A stretch of DNA of 63,396 bases, counting the filler, from Craspedostauros australis (lineage: Eukaryota): the NCBI GenBank assembly GCA_030167865.1. It is 15 parts of 15 records of this genome, joined end to end, with 100 filler letters (N's around TTAATTAATTAA, not from the genome) between each part and the next. Parts side by side here need not be neighbours in the genome. Positions count along the whole stretch, not along the records: positions 45,042 to 52,630 come from JALAGF010000803.1; positions 52,731 to 54,147 come from JALAGF010000804.1; positions 54,248 to 58,916 come from JALAGF010000805.1; positions 59,017 to 60,381 come from JALAGF010000806.1; positions 60,482 to 61,668 come from JALAGF010000809.1; 10 more parts are not named here. One strand, given 5' to 3'. Below are positions 49,071 through 61,768 of this stretch, in pieces. The position numbers and the translations under genes were made by a program. Under the pieces are notes generated by a model that was not told the origin of the DNA, did no database searches, and was given only the letters and a program-made list of their open reading frames with translations. The stretch's first letter is position 1. Every line of letters starts with the position of its first letter.

Positions 49071-52000
49071 ATGGGCCAGCCCGTATCAACCATCGATCAT
49101 TCGGAAGAGGCGGTGCACAGCAGCGCACCCAATAGAGTCGAGACCGCGGCTCATTTCAATTCTTCATCCATATCTTCATCATCATTGGTGCCGCCCGCAA
49201 CACCAATAGTATCTGCACAGACATCTGCAGAGGCAACCACAAAAACTCTCCGCAGTTTGGACATGTCCACAACAGCAGAAGTGACTGCTGCTTCGAACGA
49301 TACAGCAGAGCAGCCGCAATTGCAATCCAACCAACAATCTGAACAAATTCAGCACCCAACTCACACCAAAATGGACGCAAACGAAGCAGATATCAACGCT
49401 GAACCCGCAGCTGACGACACGGCAGAAATCGAACAACAAGCAAAGACGGGAGCGATGGAACATGCCGAAGATGTATCGGGGGAATCATCGCTCACCAACG
49501 CAGGAATCAATGCAGGAATCAATGCAGGAATCAATGCAGGAACCAACGCAGGTTCGAGCGATAGTTCCGAGAAGATGACAACAGCCGTGTGGGATGTGAC
49601 ATCAGAAGCCTCGAGGTTGCAGCAACAGCATGCGGAGCTGCTGCAATCTTTGGTGCTCCGCTATTCGACGTCGTCGCTACACAAGTACATGGATCTTCCT
49701 ATGATCGCGGTCATGGGGGACACCTCGAGTGGCAAATCGTCTCTGTTGTCGAGCCTTTCAGGGTTGGAGCTGCCGTCATCATCGACCCTCACCACAAGAT
49801 GTCCCATCGTCATCCAGCTCATCCAGCAGCCCGCGGATGCGAAGCGCACAATCAGCTCGATCGAAGCCACAGTCCAAATCGCCTGGCAACCAGCGGCGAC
49901 ATCTGTTTCTGCTTCTGCCTCTGTTTTTCGCCACGAGGACAGACCCGCCTCACCCACACATCCATCTCCGGCGCGTGACCGCAAACGCGAGCTGGAGCAT
50001 CACCATGATAAAGTGGCGCCACCAACCTTCCCGTCGATCCATCTCAATGGCCCTGCCGCAGTTTCGCAGGAATTGTCCGGTTCGATTCAGCTCGCTCAGG
50101 ACTGCATCCTGGAACACCGTTCGCCCGCTCGCATCGCGCCGGACCAAATCCATGTGACCGTCATTAGCAAAAGCACCAGCACGAGGACATCGACGACGCT
50201 CACTCTCGTGGACCTGCCTGGGTTGGTCCAGTTCGATGCCTCCAAGGACTCCGCGGCTGTTTCGCCTTCTGGATCTGCCGACGGCAAATCTAAACGGCAT
50301 GTGTACGCAGGATCGTCGCTGCTGGATGCTCCCGCCACAGAGGAGAAGAAGGTGGAGCAGGACGAACTGAACAGCTCGCAAACTTCGCACAATCAGCAAC
50401 CACATTTGCGACAGATGCAGCAGAATCAGCAATCATTGCAGCAGCAGGTGCACGACGTCATGCAGGACTACTGCATGAACCCGAACTGCTTCGTCCTTGC
50501 CGTTCTGCCAGCGCCGGTGGATATCCACAACTCCACAGTCCTGCAGTGGATGCGACAGCCTCACATTGATCCCTCTGGGGAACGCACCATCCCCGTCTTC
50601 ACCAAGCCAGATCTCATGGATCCTGGAAGCGAGCAGCCCGTCTTGGATCTGCTTCTCGACCATGCGAGTACCAGTGTCACTAGCTCCGGAGAATCCACCA
50701 AGTCGCCGTCGCAGCCTTGGTTCTTGGTCAAGAACCGCGGCCAAGCAGCGCGGGACAGTTCGTCGTCTGTGTCGCAAGGGTGGGATGCTGAGGACAAATT
50801 CTTCGCTCATGACCAATCGCCATGGAAGGCAGTGGCGGCGGATCAACTGGGCGTTCCCAACCTGCGCCGGTACTTGGTCAACCTGCAGTGGCGACGCACC
50901 ATGATGATGCTGCCTCCGTTGCTGCAGGAATTGACGCAGCAGCGCGATGACTGTCAGGTTCAGTTGGATGCGTTGGGGACCTTCTTCACCACCCCGCTGG
51001 AACGCCGCCAATGCTACCAGGAGATGATCCAGGAATTTGCTCATCTGCTGGATGGATCACTGTCCGGTAAAGGTGGACGCTCAAGGTCTCGATTGCTGAG
51101 ATCGAGACGCAAAGCAAAGCCAGGCAACGATGGCGGTAGTGGTAGCGGTGGCAGCGGATCTTCGTTTGCTTCAGCGAGTACAAGCTCTGCGAACGGCGCG
51201 GTGTCTGAGGCTGCTCATCGAGGTAGTATCTTTGCAAATGCAGACACAAATGCATGCACAACCAGAAGCGGTGACGGCAGCAGCAGCAATGGCACCGGCA
51301 CAGGCAAGCAGCATTCGAAGATCCCCATGGCAGCAACACAACTGCATCAAGCCATTAACGAATTCCGGTCGTCTGTTCGATCGAGCGCATTGGCGACCAT
51401 CCAGTCTCTCACTGAGGGCACCCATGTCTGGGTGCGGTCCCCTTTGCACCCAACGATTGATGTCCGTGGTGAGATCGTGCACATCCATCATGCTGCCAGC
51501 AACCGGCACGGTGCCATTGATGGCAGCAGCGATGACGAGGAGTCGTACGCCTGTGTTGATTTTCTGGATCCACGCGATCATACCACGGACGTGCTGTTCG
51601 ACGCTGTCGGGTACAACAACCCACCACCGCCACCACCATCGTACTTGGATCAAGCGTGCGACGAGGAGGCTGGTCAGGAGTCGTACCAAGTGGATGATGT
51701 GTGGACAGACGGCATCAAGGTGTACATCGCGAGAGACTACAATCGCTTCGATAGCCTGCGGAAGATACCATTGGCGCGGATTCGAACAGATCCGTCGTGG
51801 CTCATGGAGAAGCTGCAGATGACGGACGACCTGGCGTGCTTCATCAACGTGGATCAATTCCGTCACATTGTCGCCGAGTTCGTCCAGTCGGATTGGATCC
51901 CCCCGTGCGTGGACCTGATGCAGCAAGTGGAAGGCATCCTCATGGGTACAGTGGAGGCATGCTGGGATGAGGTGTTTGGTGTTTACAACGATACCGGAAG

Positions 52001-52630
52001 GACGAGCTCCACTGGGTTGGCTGTGTCGTCGTCATCGTCGTTGGCAGCGAAGTACCCTAACCTGCGCTCCATGATGATCCGAACGTGCCATGACATGACG
52101 AAAGAGCTGATCCAGAAGGCAAAGAACGAGGTGGAAGACCATCTTGAGATGGAGCAGCACCATCCTTACACGCAAGACGACGCGCTGATCCGAGAGATCG
52201 CCAAATCCAGATACTCCAACCTGCGCAACGACTTGGAATGGAACTTGAAGCTCCGCCAGAAGGAGGATGTCGTGTACGACCGCGAGGCGTTGCTTGCCAT
52301 CTTGGACCGCGTGTTCAATAAGCATCAGGCTGGGTTCAGCTCGTCGTCATGGGGCGATCCACAGCAGGCCGAGAATATCGGCGGTGGAGGAGGGAGCAAT
52401 GCAGGCCATGGTAGCAGCGCGAACGTGACGATGTACATGGCGGAGGAGATGGAGTTCATCCTAAGCTCGTACGGAAAGATGGCGACGCGGCGCATCATGG
52501 ATCGGATGCCCATGATCTGCTGGCAAACGTGCCGCACCTTGAAACGAAATCTGCAGGACATGCTGCTGGGTGGCGTGACGGACAGCGCGCTCGAGACGAA
52601 GTACTTTGCCGATTCCCCGGCCGTGCTGGA
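49071..52630 (+). CDS. Dynamin-family (Mx/DRP-like) GTPase, 3' truncated by gap
   Basis: G1 GDTSSGKSS, G2 TTRCP, G3 DLPG, G4 TKPD; stalk and GED-like YGKMATRRIMDRMPM. Confidence 0.92.
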
Positions 52631-52730
52631 NNNNNNNNNNNNNNNNNNNNNNNNNNNNNNNNNNNNNNNNNNNNTTAATTAATTAANNNNNNNNNNNNNN
52701 NNNNNNNNNNNNNNNNNNNNNNNNNNNNNN

Positions 52731-54147
52731 CAGACCCTGTGTGTCCGATGACTCTCCGGTGCTGGTTGGTTGCAATGGTCCTGCACAGAGACAGGCCAAA
52801 TAGCAACATTGACAATAACAACAACATCACATGTGCATAAATACTCGCACACAGACAGACATGGTCCTCCTGTTCTTCGTCTCTGTCTCTCTCTGTTGAC
52901 AGCGGTTGTGTTTGGTTCGTGATGATTTCGCCTGTGTGTTTGGCTGGTGTTGTGTGGTCGAAAAAGTACCACGAACAGACCCTGTGTGTTCGATGACTCT
53001 CCGGTGCTGGTTGGTTGCAATAGTCCTGGACGGAGACAGGCTAAATAGCAACATTGACGATAACAACAACATCACACGTGCATAAATACTCGCACACAAA
53101 CAGACATGGTCCTCTTGTTCTTCGTCTCTCTGTCTCTCTCTGTCGATGCTGGTCATGTTTGGTTCGTGATGATTGTGCCTGTTTGTTTGGCTGGTGTTGT
53201 GTGGTCGAAAAAGTACCACGAACAGACCCTATGTGTTCGATGACTCTCCGGTGCTGGTTGGTTGCAATAGTCCTGCACAGAGACAGGCTAAATAGCAACA
53301 TTGACGATAACAACAACATCACACGTGCATAAATACTCGCACACAGACAGACATGGTCCTCTTGTTCTTTGTCTCTCTGTCTCTGTCTGTCGATGCTGGT
53401 CATGTTTGGTTCGTGATGATTGTGCCTGTTTGTTTGGCTGGTGTTGCACGGTTGCCAAAATACCACGAACAGACTCTGTGTGTTCGATGACTCCGTACCC
53501 GGTTTGTTGCGACAACACTGCACGGACATAACAGACACGACAGACACAATGTGAACAACATTTCATGTGCAAATTGCCCATGAACAATCAGAACCAACAC
53601 GCCCAATCCTCCTCTGTCTCTGCTTGTCGACAATCGTCATGTTTGGTTGATGATGATTGTGCCTGTTTGTTTGGCTGGTGTTGTGCGGTGGCCAAAATAC
53701 CCACAACCAGACCCTGTGTGTTCGATGACTCCGTACCCGGTTTGTTGCGACAACACTGCACAGACATGACAGACACGACAGACACAATGTGAACAACATC
53801 GCATGTACAAAAAGGTCCAGGAACAATCAGACCCAACATGTCCAATCCTCCTCTGTCTCTTTCTGTCGATGCTGGTCATGTTTGGTTCATGATGGTGTTG
53901 CCTGTCTGTTTTGCTCGTGTTGCACGGTTAACAAAACACCACGACCAGACCCTGTGTGTTCGATGACTCCGTACCCGGTTTGTTGCGGCGACACTGCGCG
54001 GACATGACAGACACGACATACATGATATCAACAACATCGCATGTGCGAATTACTCGCGAACACTCACATCCAACATGTCCAATCCTCTTCCATGTCTCTG
54101 TACGGCCGTCTTGTTAGAATTGTCGTTTTTGCGCCAAGCCAAACCTC
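52731..54147. repeat. Tandem array of about six 238-247-bp units in two subtypes
   Basis: CAGACCCTGTGTGTTCGATGACTC-like anchor at 52731, 52976, 53223, 53470, 53708, 53946. Confidence 0.92.
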
Positions 54148-54247
54148 NNNNNNNNNNNNNNNNNNNNNNNNNNNNNNNNNNNNNNNNNNNNTTAATTAAT
54201 TAANNNNNNNNNNNNNNNNNNNNNNNNNNNNNNNNNNNNNNNNNNNN

Positions 54248-57200
54248 TTGGAAGGAGACTTTTGGGGGCTTCACCTTGTGCTGTTCCATCAATCTTGACA
54301 TGATATCGGAACCACCCTTCATGATGTTCCATCTTGCTGCCAGCTTTGGAAGGAAGGTCTTGACACGAGGGACCGGGAAGGTGAGATTTTCACATCCTTT
54401 CCACATCATGAGCTGATGGAAGAGGTCATCCTCTGACATGTTTGGGAGGTAGGAGCCTTTGCCCTCGAAGTTACCACTGCCCGGATTGGATGACATGAAC
54501 TGCCTCATGAGATCTTCAGATGGAGTTCGTCCCGGTGAATCTTCTTCGTATGCAAACTCGATCACAAGCTTGTACAGATCGTCAAGCACCAAGGCATAGG
54601 CTTCCATCAATGCAGGCGTGAATCTGGTCGCAACAGATCTGAGGATTTCAGCCCCACTGTCACCTGCTTGCCATGCAGTTCCAATCAAATAGCACAAGTA
54701 TCAGAGTGAGCAATGAGTTAGTATGGTGTCAATAGCATGCGAACATTGTGCATTGGCGGAAGCAGCATGGACCGGATCTCATCACACATAGTCAATGCCA
54801 ATGTCATCGAACTTACCAATCACCATGAGTGCTCCGCTGACACCGTAGACAAATGCATGATGGAGCAACTGGAGTCTTTCGCCTTCCTTGCGGATCAATG
54901 CCCGAAATTTGCCGCTCTCTGAGTCTGCAAAGATATGCAAGTTGGGATCCAACCTGTATTGGCGTTGCACAGACAACTGATGCTCCTTCTCCTCCTCCTT
55001 GGTTTTGCGCGAAGCCCTGGTCTTCATCTCGACTACAAAGACCTCATCATCTTCATCCTTGGTGCTGTCTCCGACAACTGCAAGAAAGTCAACGGACGAT
55101 CGAGCATAGGGCTTGTCTCCACGATGCACCAACCCTGCTGTGTATGCGGCCTTCACACAGCTAGGATCTCCAGTCAATTCCGATATCTTTTCAGCTTTCT
55201 TCATGAGTGGCTGCTCATTGGTGTGGCCCAGTCTGGTGGCACGTCGCTCCTCACCAGTGAAAGGCTTCATGAACCATGTCTTCAGCGCCTCTTTCACCAA
55301 GGCCTCCTTCAGTGCCATCATGCCTCCGTCCTCTTTGTTATTCCTCACATCGTTGTTGCTGATGCCTTCGGTGTTGCCTTCGACATTGTGTCCGGTGGCA
55401 AGCATGACATTGGCTTCAACAGGAAGGGAAGCCAGAGAGTCGATGCCAATGCCATTGTCGGCCAATGGGAAACGGGCAAGATTGCTGGTGCTGCTGCCTT
55501 CAACATCGTTGTCGGAACCGTCCACCTCCAGATTGTCAAGAGCCGGAGTGATAGATGCTTTGTCATCCTGCACCAATGCCTTCATCATTTCACCCTTTGC
55601 CGGAAGTTTGCCAGAGTTGAATCTTGCCTTGTAGATTGCCTCCATGGTCTTTGGTGTCATGGCAACATACCGGCGATCCGGCTTCTGCTGTCGTTGGATC
55701 ACAGTCTTGAGCTTCTTGTAGATACTGTCAGCTGTTTTTGGCTTGAACCCACCACAGAAGAGCACCACCAATTCAGTCACATCCTCAAGCAGCCAGTCAA
55801 CAGGAGGATTGTCGCGATTCTGAAGAACTTGGGTGATTGTTTGCTCGATGGATCTTGAGTCTTCGGCATCATCTGTGAGGAGATTGAATCGCTCCTGTGC
55901 CCGATTCTTGACTTCACCTGTTCCGATCTCCACATGGGCTTGTTGCTTTCTGGCTTCAACGTCGATGCCCATGAATGTGGCAATGATTTCCCATGCCTGA
56001 TGATGGAGAACATGGCCATTTGTCTCCTTGCACCACTCGGTGCTGGCCAGGACCACGTTGATGATGTTGTGGACAGTGGAGCTCGTCAAGCAGAACTTTC
56101 GCAACATGAACCAAAGCGGATCTCGCTGTTCACAGGTCATCCCAACAACATCAAGGTCACGAATCTTCTGTGTCCATCTCATCCTTGCCTTGTCTTCTGC
56201 ATCATCCGCTGCCTGTGAAGCTTGTTTGGCAAGGATGACGGCTGCCTTGACTGCCTCTGAGTCATTCGGTGCATTCTGGATGGCTTGAATTGCGTCACCT
56301 CTGGCCTGAATTGCGAGCACCGCAGAAGGAGACTTCTCCAGGTTCACGACAGCTGCAGAGAAGTACTCTGGGAACTTCTCTGGATGAGCCAGAAGATCTG
56401 GGTGATTTGTGTGTTTGGCTTGAATGTGGCGAAGGTACATGATCTCCTCTTTCACCTTTGCCATGGTGAGATCCCATTCAAACCTTCCAGCTCCTGTCTT
56501 TGCCATCATGATCATCTTTCCGTTGTCTCGGAGACCATAGCAACAGTAGGTTGCGCCCTTCACCTTGTTGGAGGTGGCAAGGAAGAGTCTTGTGGGTTCT
56601 GTCACACTGATCATGAGTTGGTTTGGGTTGGTCCGGTACGTTCCATTGACAAATGGCATGTGTGGAGCCCTCTTGTGAGTGCCTTGAAGGTCCGCTCCGC
56701 CTTCAACAAGACCCTGTGTGAGCTTGAGAGAGCCATATCCGCGATCAGCAAGAACTTCTGTGTTCTGCAAGGCATTGGTGGTTGCGAATTGGGTCTTGAT
56801 CAGATCCTTTGCAGTGCTTGTCTTGGTTTCCTGGATGACTTGGACTCCACAAGGGACCCCGGACATTGTCATTGCCAAGGTATCGATGGTGAATCTTTAC
56901 ATTGACATTTCACAAGTTCAAGAGATAGGAAAGCAACAAAATTTGATAAGAAAGAGAGGGATGCAGACATGTATGTGGTGTGTGTGAGATTCAAGATGAT
57001 TGACAATTGTACAATCATGACATACACTCAATTGCATGATCCAAAGGTAGAGTATGTGCACAGTACAACTCACCCCCATCTGTTGGACTTTGGGTGCTTG
57101 TGCCGGGCAATGCCACTGCGCAACGCCACCTTGCTCTCACAGTGCACTTTATCGTCATCGATTGTCACAGTGCGTTTTCCGGACATGCCTGTCACAATGA

Positions 57201-58059
57201 GCTGCTTCATTGCGTGATTGCAATGAGCCTGGAGATCCTGCCAAAAGTAGTGGGGGTTGGACTCGATTGTGATGCCATCTTCATGGATTTTGCACCACCA
57301 ATTGATGTATTCAGTCTTGCTTGGGGACCCCACTTTGGTGCTCAACAAGCCCATGGTGTACATGTTTTTGGTGCTTGTACAGAAGGTTGATTGTGTGGTG
57401 AATGCAACCATGAACTGCAGGTACTCCAATGCATCCATCTTCATGACACCCTGTGAAAATGCACCTCTGTACAGCTGAGATGTGGGACCCAAGACAAGAT
57501 CAACAATATCATCTGGTGTTGGCCGTTTGCTGCATGTGAGATCTTGCATCGATTTTCGGATGTGCACCATCTCCTTGTTCATGATCACTTTGCTGTCTGC
57601 ACGGGCCTCGCCCACTGTGACATGATGCTTCTCGTCCACCCCTGTCTGCAGCTTCCACTTGAGGCTCATGCTTGCCAGCTTTGCTGCATCGGATTTGGTG
57701 TTGCGGGTGGATGCAGTTGCAGTTGTAGGAGAGGCATTGGCATTGTTGGTGTTCAAGGTGCTGTTATCCTGTGTAGAATCTGCATTTTCATTCTCTTCTG
57801 CCATGAGGTAGTTGCTGTTGGAGTTGGAGGCTTTGCTCTTGGGATCTGTTGCGTCCAAGTCATCTGCAATGTTGTCATCATGGTCATCGTCCAGATCAAA
57901 GTCATCAGGAGTCCAAATGACTGTGTTGTCATCCGAAGGATGGACAACAGCATCTTCATCAAGTGGTTCCAAGTCTAGATTGTCTGGATCAATGCCTCTG
58001 TTGCTGTCATCATCCTCCCACAAGTCATCATTGCCTCCGCCAACATGATCCAAAGACAT
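54248..58059 (-). CDS. piggyBac-like DDD transposase with embedded YqaJ/lambda-exonuclease domain; complement(join(<54248..54663,54817..56894,57074..58059)), at least 1160 aa
   Basis: Introns GTGAGT...AG (57073-56895) and GTAAGT...CAG (54816-54664) join three ORFs in frame; TIDDDK, RWGF, ADRGY, GTHKR, WNIMKGGSD; YqaJ QRDPLWFMLRK..LTSS, GHTNE, SVD, EMK, QLLHH. Confidence 0.85.
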
Positions 58060-59016
58060 GGTCACTCAATAGATGTAACACAGATCTAAGAATCTTGCAC
58101 AGGGTTGGCTGAATGAACAAAGTTGAGGCACAAGTGGAATGTGTGGAAGATGAGTGCAGCAGGTGGTTGTGTTCCAAATGCTGTTACTAGGTTGAATTGA
58201 GAGTATTGGTGCTGTTGTGAGATTCAATGGATTTGTTGGCTCCCACAAGAGATCTTGGGTCACAGAAGCTCAGTCGCCTCAGAGACCTTGGTCTTGTTGG
58301 GGAGTTGTTGGTGTGGGTGGACTTTTCTTGTTCTTGAACGCAGAATGAACTTGGGGCTGACGAGATGTATGACATGGGGGAGTTGAGTAACTTTGGCAAG
58401 AAAAGCGTTGAGACTGCTTCCGGCACAATGCGAACCATGCTTCATTCTCTCAAACACCCATTCGAAATTCTGCGGTTGGCCTCTCAGTTTCGCTTATTGG
58501 GGTGTGACATGGTTATATTCACTCTGATAAACATCCGATTGCATCCACGTTGTGCATTCTGCGATCTTGGGAACAAACTTCGTAAAAAAAACGAACGCAC
58601 CCACAACCACACAACCACACAACCACATGCGCATCCACAAAGAAACCGTCTTTCATCGAACAGCCTTGGTTGGTTTGTTCCCCTCCCAAACATCGAAGGA
58701 CGGAAAATGTCCTGGCAATGTTGGACTTGGAGCATCCCCCAACATCATCAGAAATGGGATACGCACCTGTCCGTGTGCCACAAGTACACAGCCTGCGAAG
58801 ACTGCCATGGCAAGGGGATCAGCTGTGAATCCAAAGATTATTGGCGAGACACCGCCATGTGCACCAACATCCCACCGCATCCGCGCTCATTGACCGTGTG
58901 CTTTGACATTGTATCTNNNNNNNNNNNNNNNNNNNNNNNNNNNNNNNNNNNNNNNNNNNNTTAATTAATTAANNNNNNNNNNNNNNNNNNNNNNNNNNNN
59001 NNNNNNNNNNNNNNNN

Positions 59017-59880
59017 TGAGGATTGGGTGCAATCCTTGACGAACGGCATATTTTATCGCCAAGCACTAGCAGGACATGGGCAAGACATCCACGTGATGAA
59101 ATGCCCTCGCTCACACAGTATGTCCCTCCAGAGATCACTCTGTCGAAGCTGGCCACCTTTGTAGTTGCCCACACTTGCGCTGTTCACTTGCCCCATCTTC
59201 TGGAAGTACGGTGCATGCATGGAACCCTATAGACAATGTGGGGGAATCCTATCCTTGCGCAAATGTCAGTGCTGTGCCTGACTGGTCTATCCTCCAAGAC
59301 TATCAGTGGTACACCAATTTTGTCCCACTGGCTGCAGCCAATGCCAGTGCGACCTGTATGCTATGCTAGAGAGAAAGCACTCTCGCCATTCCCAGCTCGT
59401 GTGGTGGAGTGATTTAGGCCAACACAATGCTCTGCCCTGATCTGGCTGAGACTTTGTCTCGTTGCAGGCCATTGTTTGCCAGCAGGACAATGACTTTGTG
59501 TGCTATGTGCTCCATGACGGTCCATCAGGGGCTGTTCTCTCCTTCCATGACCACAGCTGTTCCATTGATGCGCCCATGCGTCGTCGCAATGGACTCTACT
59601 TCTTCAATACCGATGGTGATGTCAAGCTGGCTGTGTTCGCTGTCCAGCGTGCACCGCCTGCACTCAGCGCGGAGCTCTGGCATATGTGCCTGGGCTTCGC
59701 TGGTATGTCACACATGAAGTGGCTCCATATGCACTGTTCTGGTATTCCAGGCCTCCTCACCACTGTGCACATCCAATGCGGCATTGTGCTACATGCAGCC
59801 AAGCCCAGTGTCAGACAGATCCTCAAGGACCTCAAGATGGCAGCCCTGTTCCCTCCACTGGCGCAAGATTCCATGCTGAC
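59017..59880 (+). pseudogene. Heavily decayed Copia pol relic (up to the GAG-pre-integrase region)
   Basis: RRNGLYF...AELWHMCLGF resembles GLY...LWHxRLGH; stops and frameshifts. Confidence 0.6.
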
Positions 59881-60381
59881 AGTTGAGATTCAATGAGGGA
59901 CAGACTATTACCGGACATGGTATCAACCAGATGGGAGAAATTCATGTTTTGGCGCGAAATCTTCCGACTTGATCGACCACCAAATCTGTTCTCCTCCTTT
60001 CTCTCCTCCATTCACGAATCCATCATGACTCAAACATGACCGACCTAACTCACAACCCACCTTGGGAACTATATGCTCCTCAGATCCTTTTACTACAACA
60101 TACCTCGATTCCCTCCATGCTGATGACTACTGCACCACTACCGTAGTCCTGACGCGTGTATCCAACCTGCTTCAACTCAAGCAATGGAATCCGAGGGTCA
60201 GCTCCAACCACAGCCACTGCTTCATGACCGTCACTACCAAGTGTCATGACCTACACTGCAGTGTGTCTACATGTATGGAGAGCAAGGCACTGTAATGACT
60301 ACCTACCCTGTAGCACTGAACCAAGTACATCAGTGCAGGGTCTCGCCAAGTTGTGTGACATCGTTTCTTCACCCTACTAAC
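59881..60381 (+). mobile_element. AGTT family copy 3 (left-hand end), inserted in the Copia relic
   Basis: Starts AGTTGA; shares TGGGAACTATATGCTCC, GCAATGGAATCC, GCACTGA...TCAGTGC and ATCGTTTCTTCA in order with 25002-25733. Confidence 0.85.
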
Positions 60382-60481
60382 NNNNNNNNNNNNNNNNNNN
60401 NNNNNNNNNNNNNNNNNNNNNNNNNTTAATTAATTAANNNNNNNNNNNNNNNNNNNNNNNNNNNNNNNNNNNNNNNNNNNN

Positions 60482-61476
60482 GGTACAGGATGAATCCAGG
60501 ACCAATGTGTTTAGTCCCATCCTGTCGCAAGATCCAGACCCAATGCAGGCAGTGGTGGCAATGGTCATGAAACTGTAATAGTCGGAACTGGTACAGTCAC
60601 AATCCTCTGCGCAGCATGGATCCCCAGCGTTCTGGCACACATAGTAGATGTCATCGCCACCCAGAGCTGCGAACACAGTGGTGCCAGCGGCGGACAACAG
60701 TGTCAGCTCCTCAGCAAGTATGGGGTTGGACGCATATCAATTGAATAGCTTGCGTGCATCCCCCTTGGCCAAGATACCAGCGCATGCGAAGTAAATCTGC
60801 AATTCCGGTGTGCTTCGAATACCAGTGACAGCCTTGCGGCACGAAGTCTTGGATGGATTGCAGATGATGGCATTTGGGTCGAATGCATCCAGCGGAAAGC
60901 ATTCTGGCACAACATCTGGCTTGCGGGCCACAGAGATGCTGGAATCAAATGCAAACGAGGTGGTAGTTGATGCAGATGTAGGCCCCGATGTCGGCATGGA
61001 AGTTGGATCTCGCGTCGGCATGCTGGTTGCTCTGCCTGTTGGCTGGTCGGTCGGTGATGAGGTAGGCCTCAAGGTTGGATTGCTGGTCGCCAATGCAACT
61101 GGCAACCCAGTTGGCCTTGAAGTTGGTGCCCCAGTTGGTGGCGAGGTTGGTGTAGAAGTCGGTGTTGTCGTCATTATTCCAGCCAATGCAGTTGGTGCCA
61201 ATGTAGGAGAGCTGGTAGGCGAACTGGTTGGTGCCACACTGGGATTGCTGGTTGGACTGTTGGAGGGTGCTCCCGTCTGTTGGTGCCCTTGATTTTCTTT
61301 GGGATGAAACCGCTGTCGGCCTTCAGCAGTCTGGTTGCCTGCATCGCAACATGAAGTTCTTTGGTTGGGTCAACCAATCTACGGCCATGAAGGATGGCAT
61401 CAATCGTCTTGCGTTTGGCGAGCAAGATCACCATGATGGTCGCTGCCTTGAAGTTGAGCATCTTCGGTTTCCACAT
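60482..61476 (-). pseudogene. 5' part of a secreted Cys-rich protein gene with PT-repeat linker (contig probably mis-oriented)
   Basis: Signal-like N-terminus and PTSSPT repeats in different frames; 60482-61016 is the reverse complement of 61769-62303. Confidence 0.65.
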
Positions 61477-61768
61477 GATCTTTGCTTGGTTGTGGTTTGC
61501 TGGAATGCTGTTTCTTTCCTCTCTAATTCGGATGAGCGGTCTACTATTGCTCGTATTTGCTTTGAGGCTCCTTCACACTCGTGGCTGGATCGATACTTTC
61601 GGTTGTGTTGATGTCGTCCCTTGCGCCTTGGCGTTCTTGCAGGAGGATCGTGCTGCACGGTTGCGCAGNNNNNNNNNNNNNNNNNNNNNNNNNNNNNNNN
61701 NNNNNNNNNNNNTTAATTAATTAANNNNNNNNNNNNNNNNNNNNNNNNNNNNNNNNNNNNNNNNNNNN

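Larger units (their letters stand above)
13131..61768. other. Recurring artificial scaffold linkers (N-run TTAATTAATTAA N-run) between contigs
   Basis: The same 12-mer, with stops in all frames, sits inside N runs at e.g. 13175, 15519, 17486, 22347, 28491, 39475, 41542, 42994, 44986, 52675, 54192, 58961, 60426, 61713. Confidence 0.97.

Noticed and set aside
52827..54007. Repeated ORFs in the 240-bp array
   Set aside because: Unit lengths are not multiples of 3; frames shift each unit
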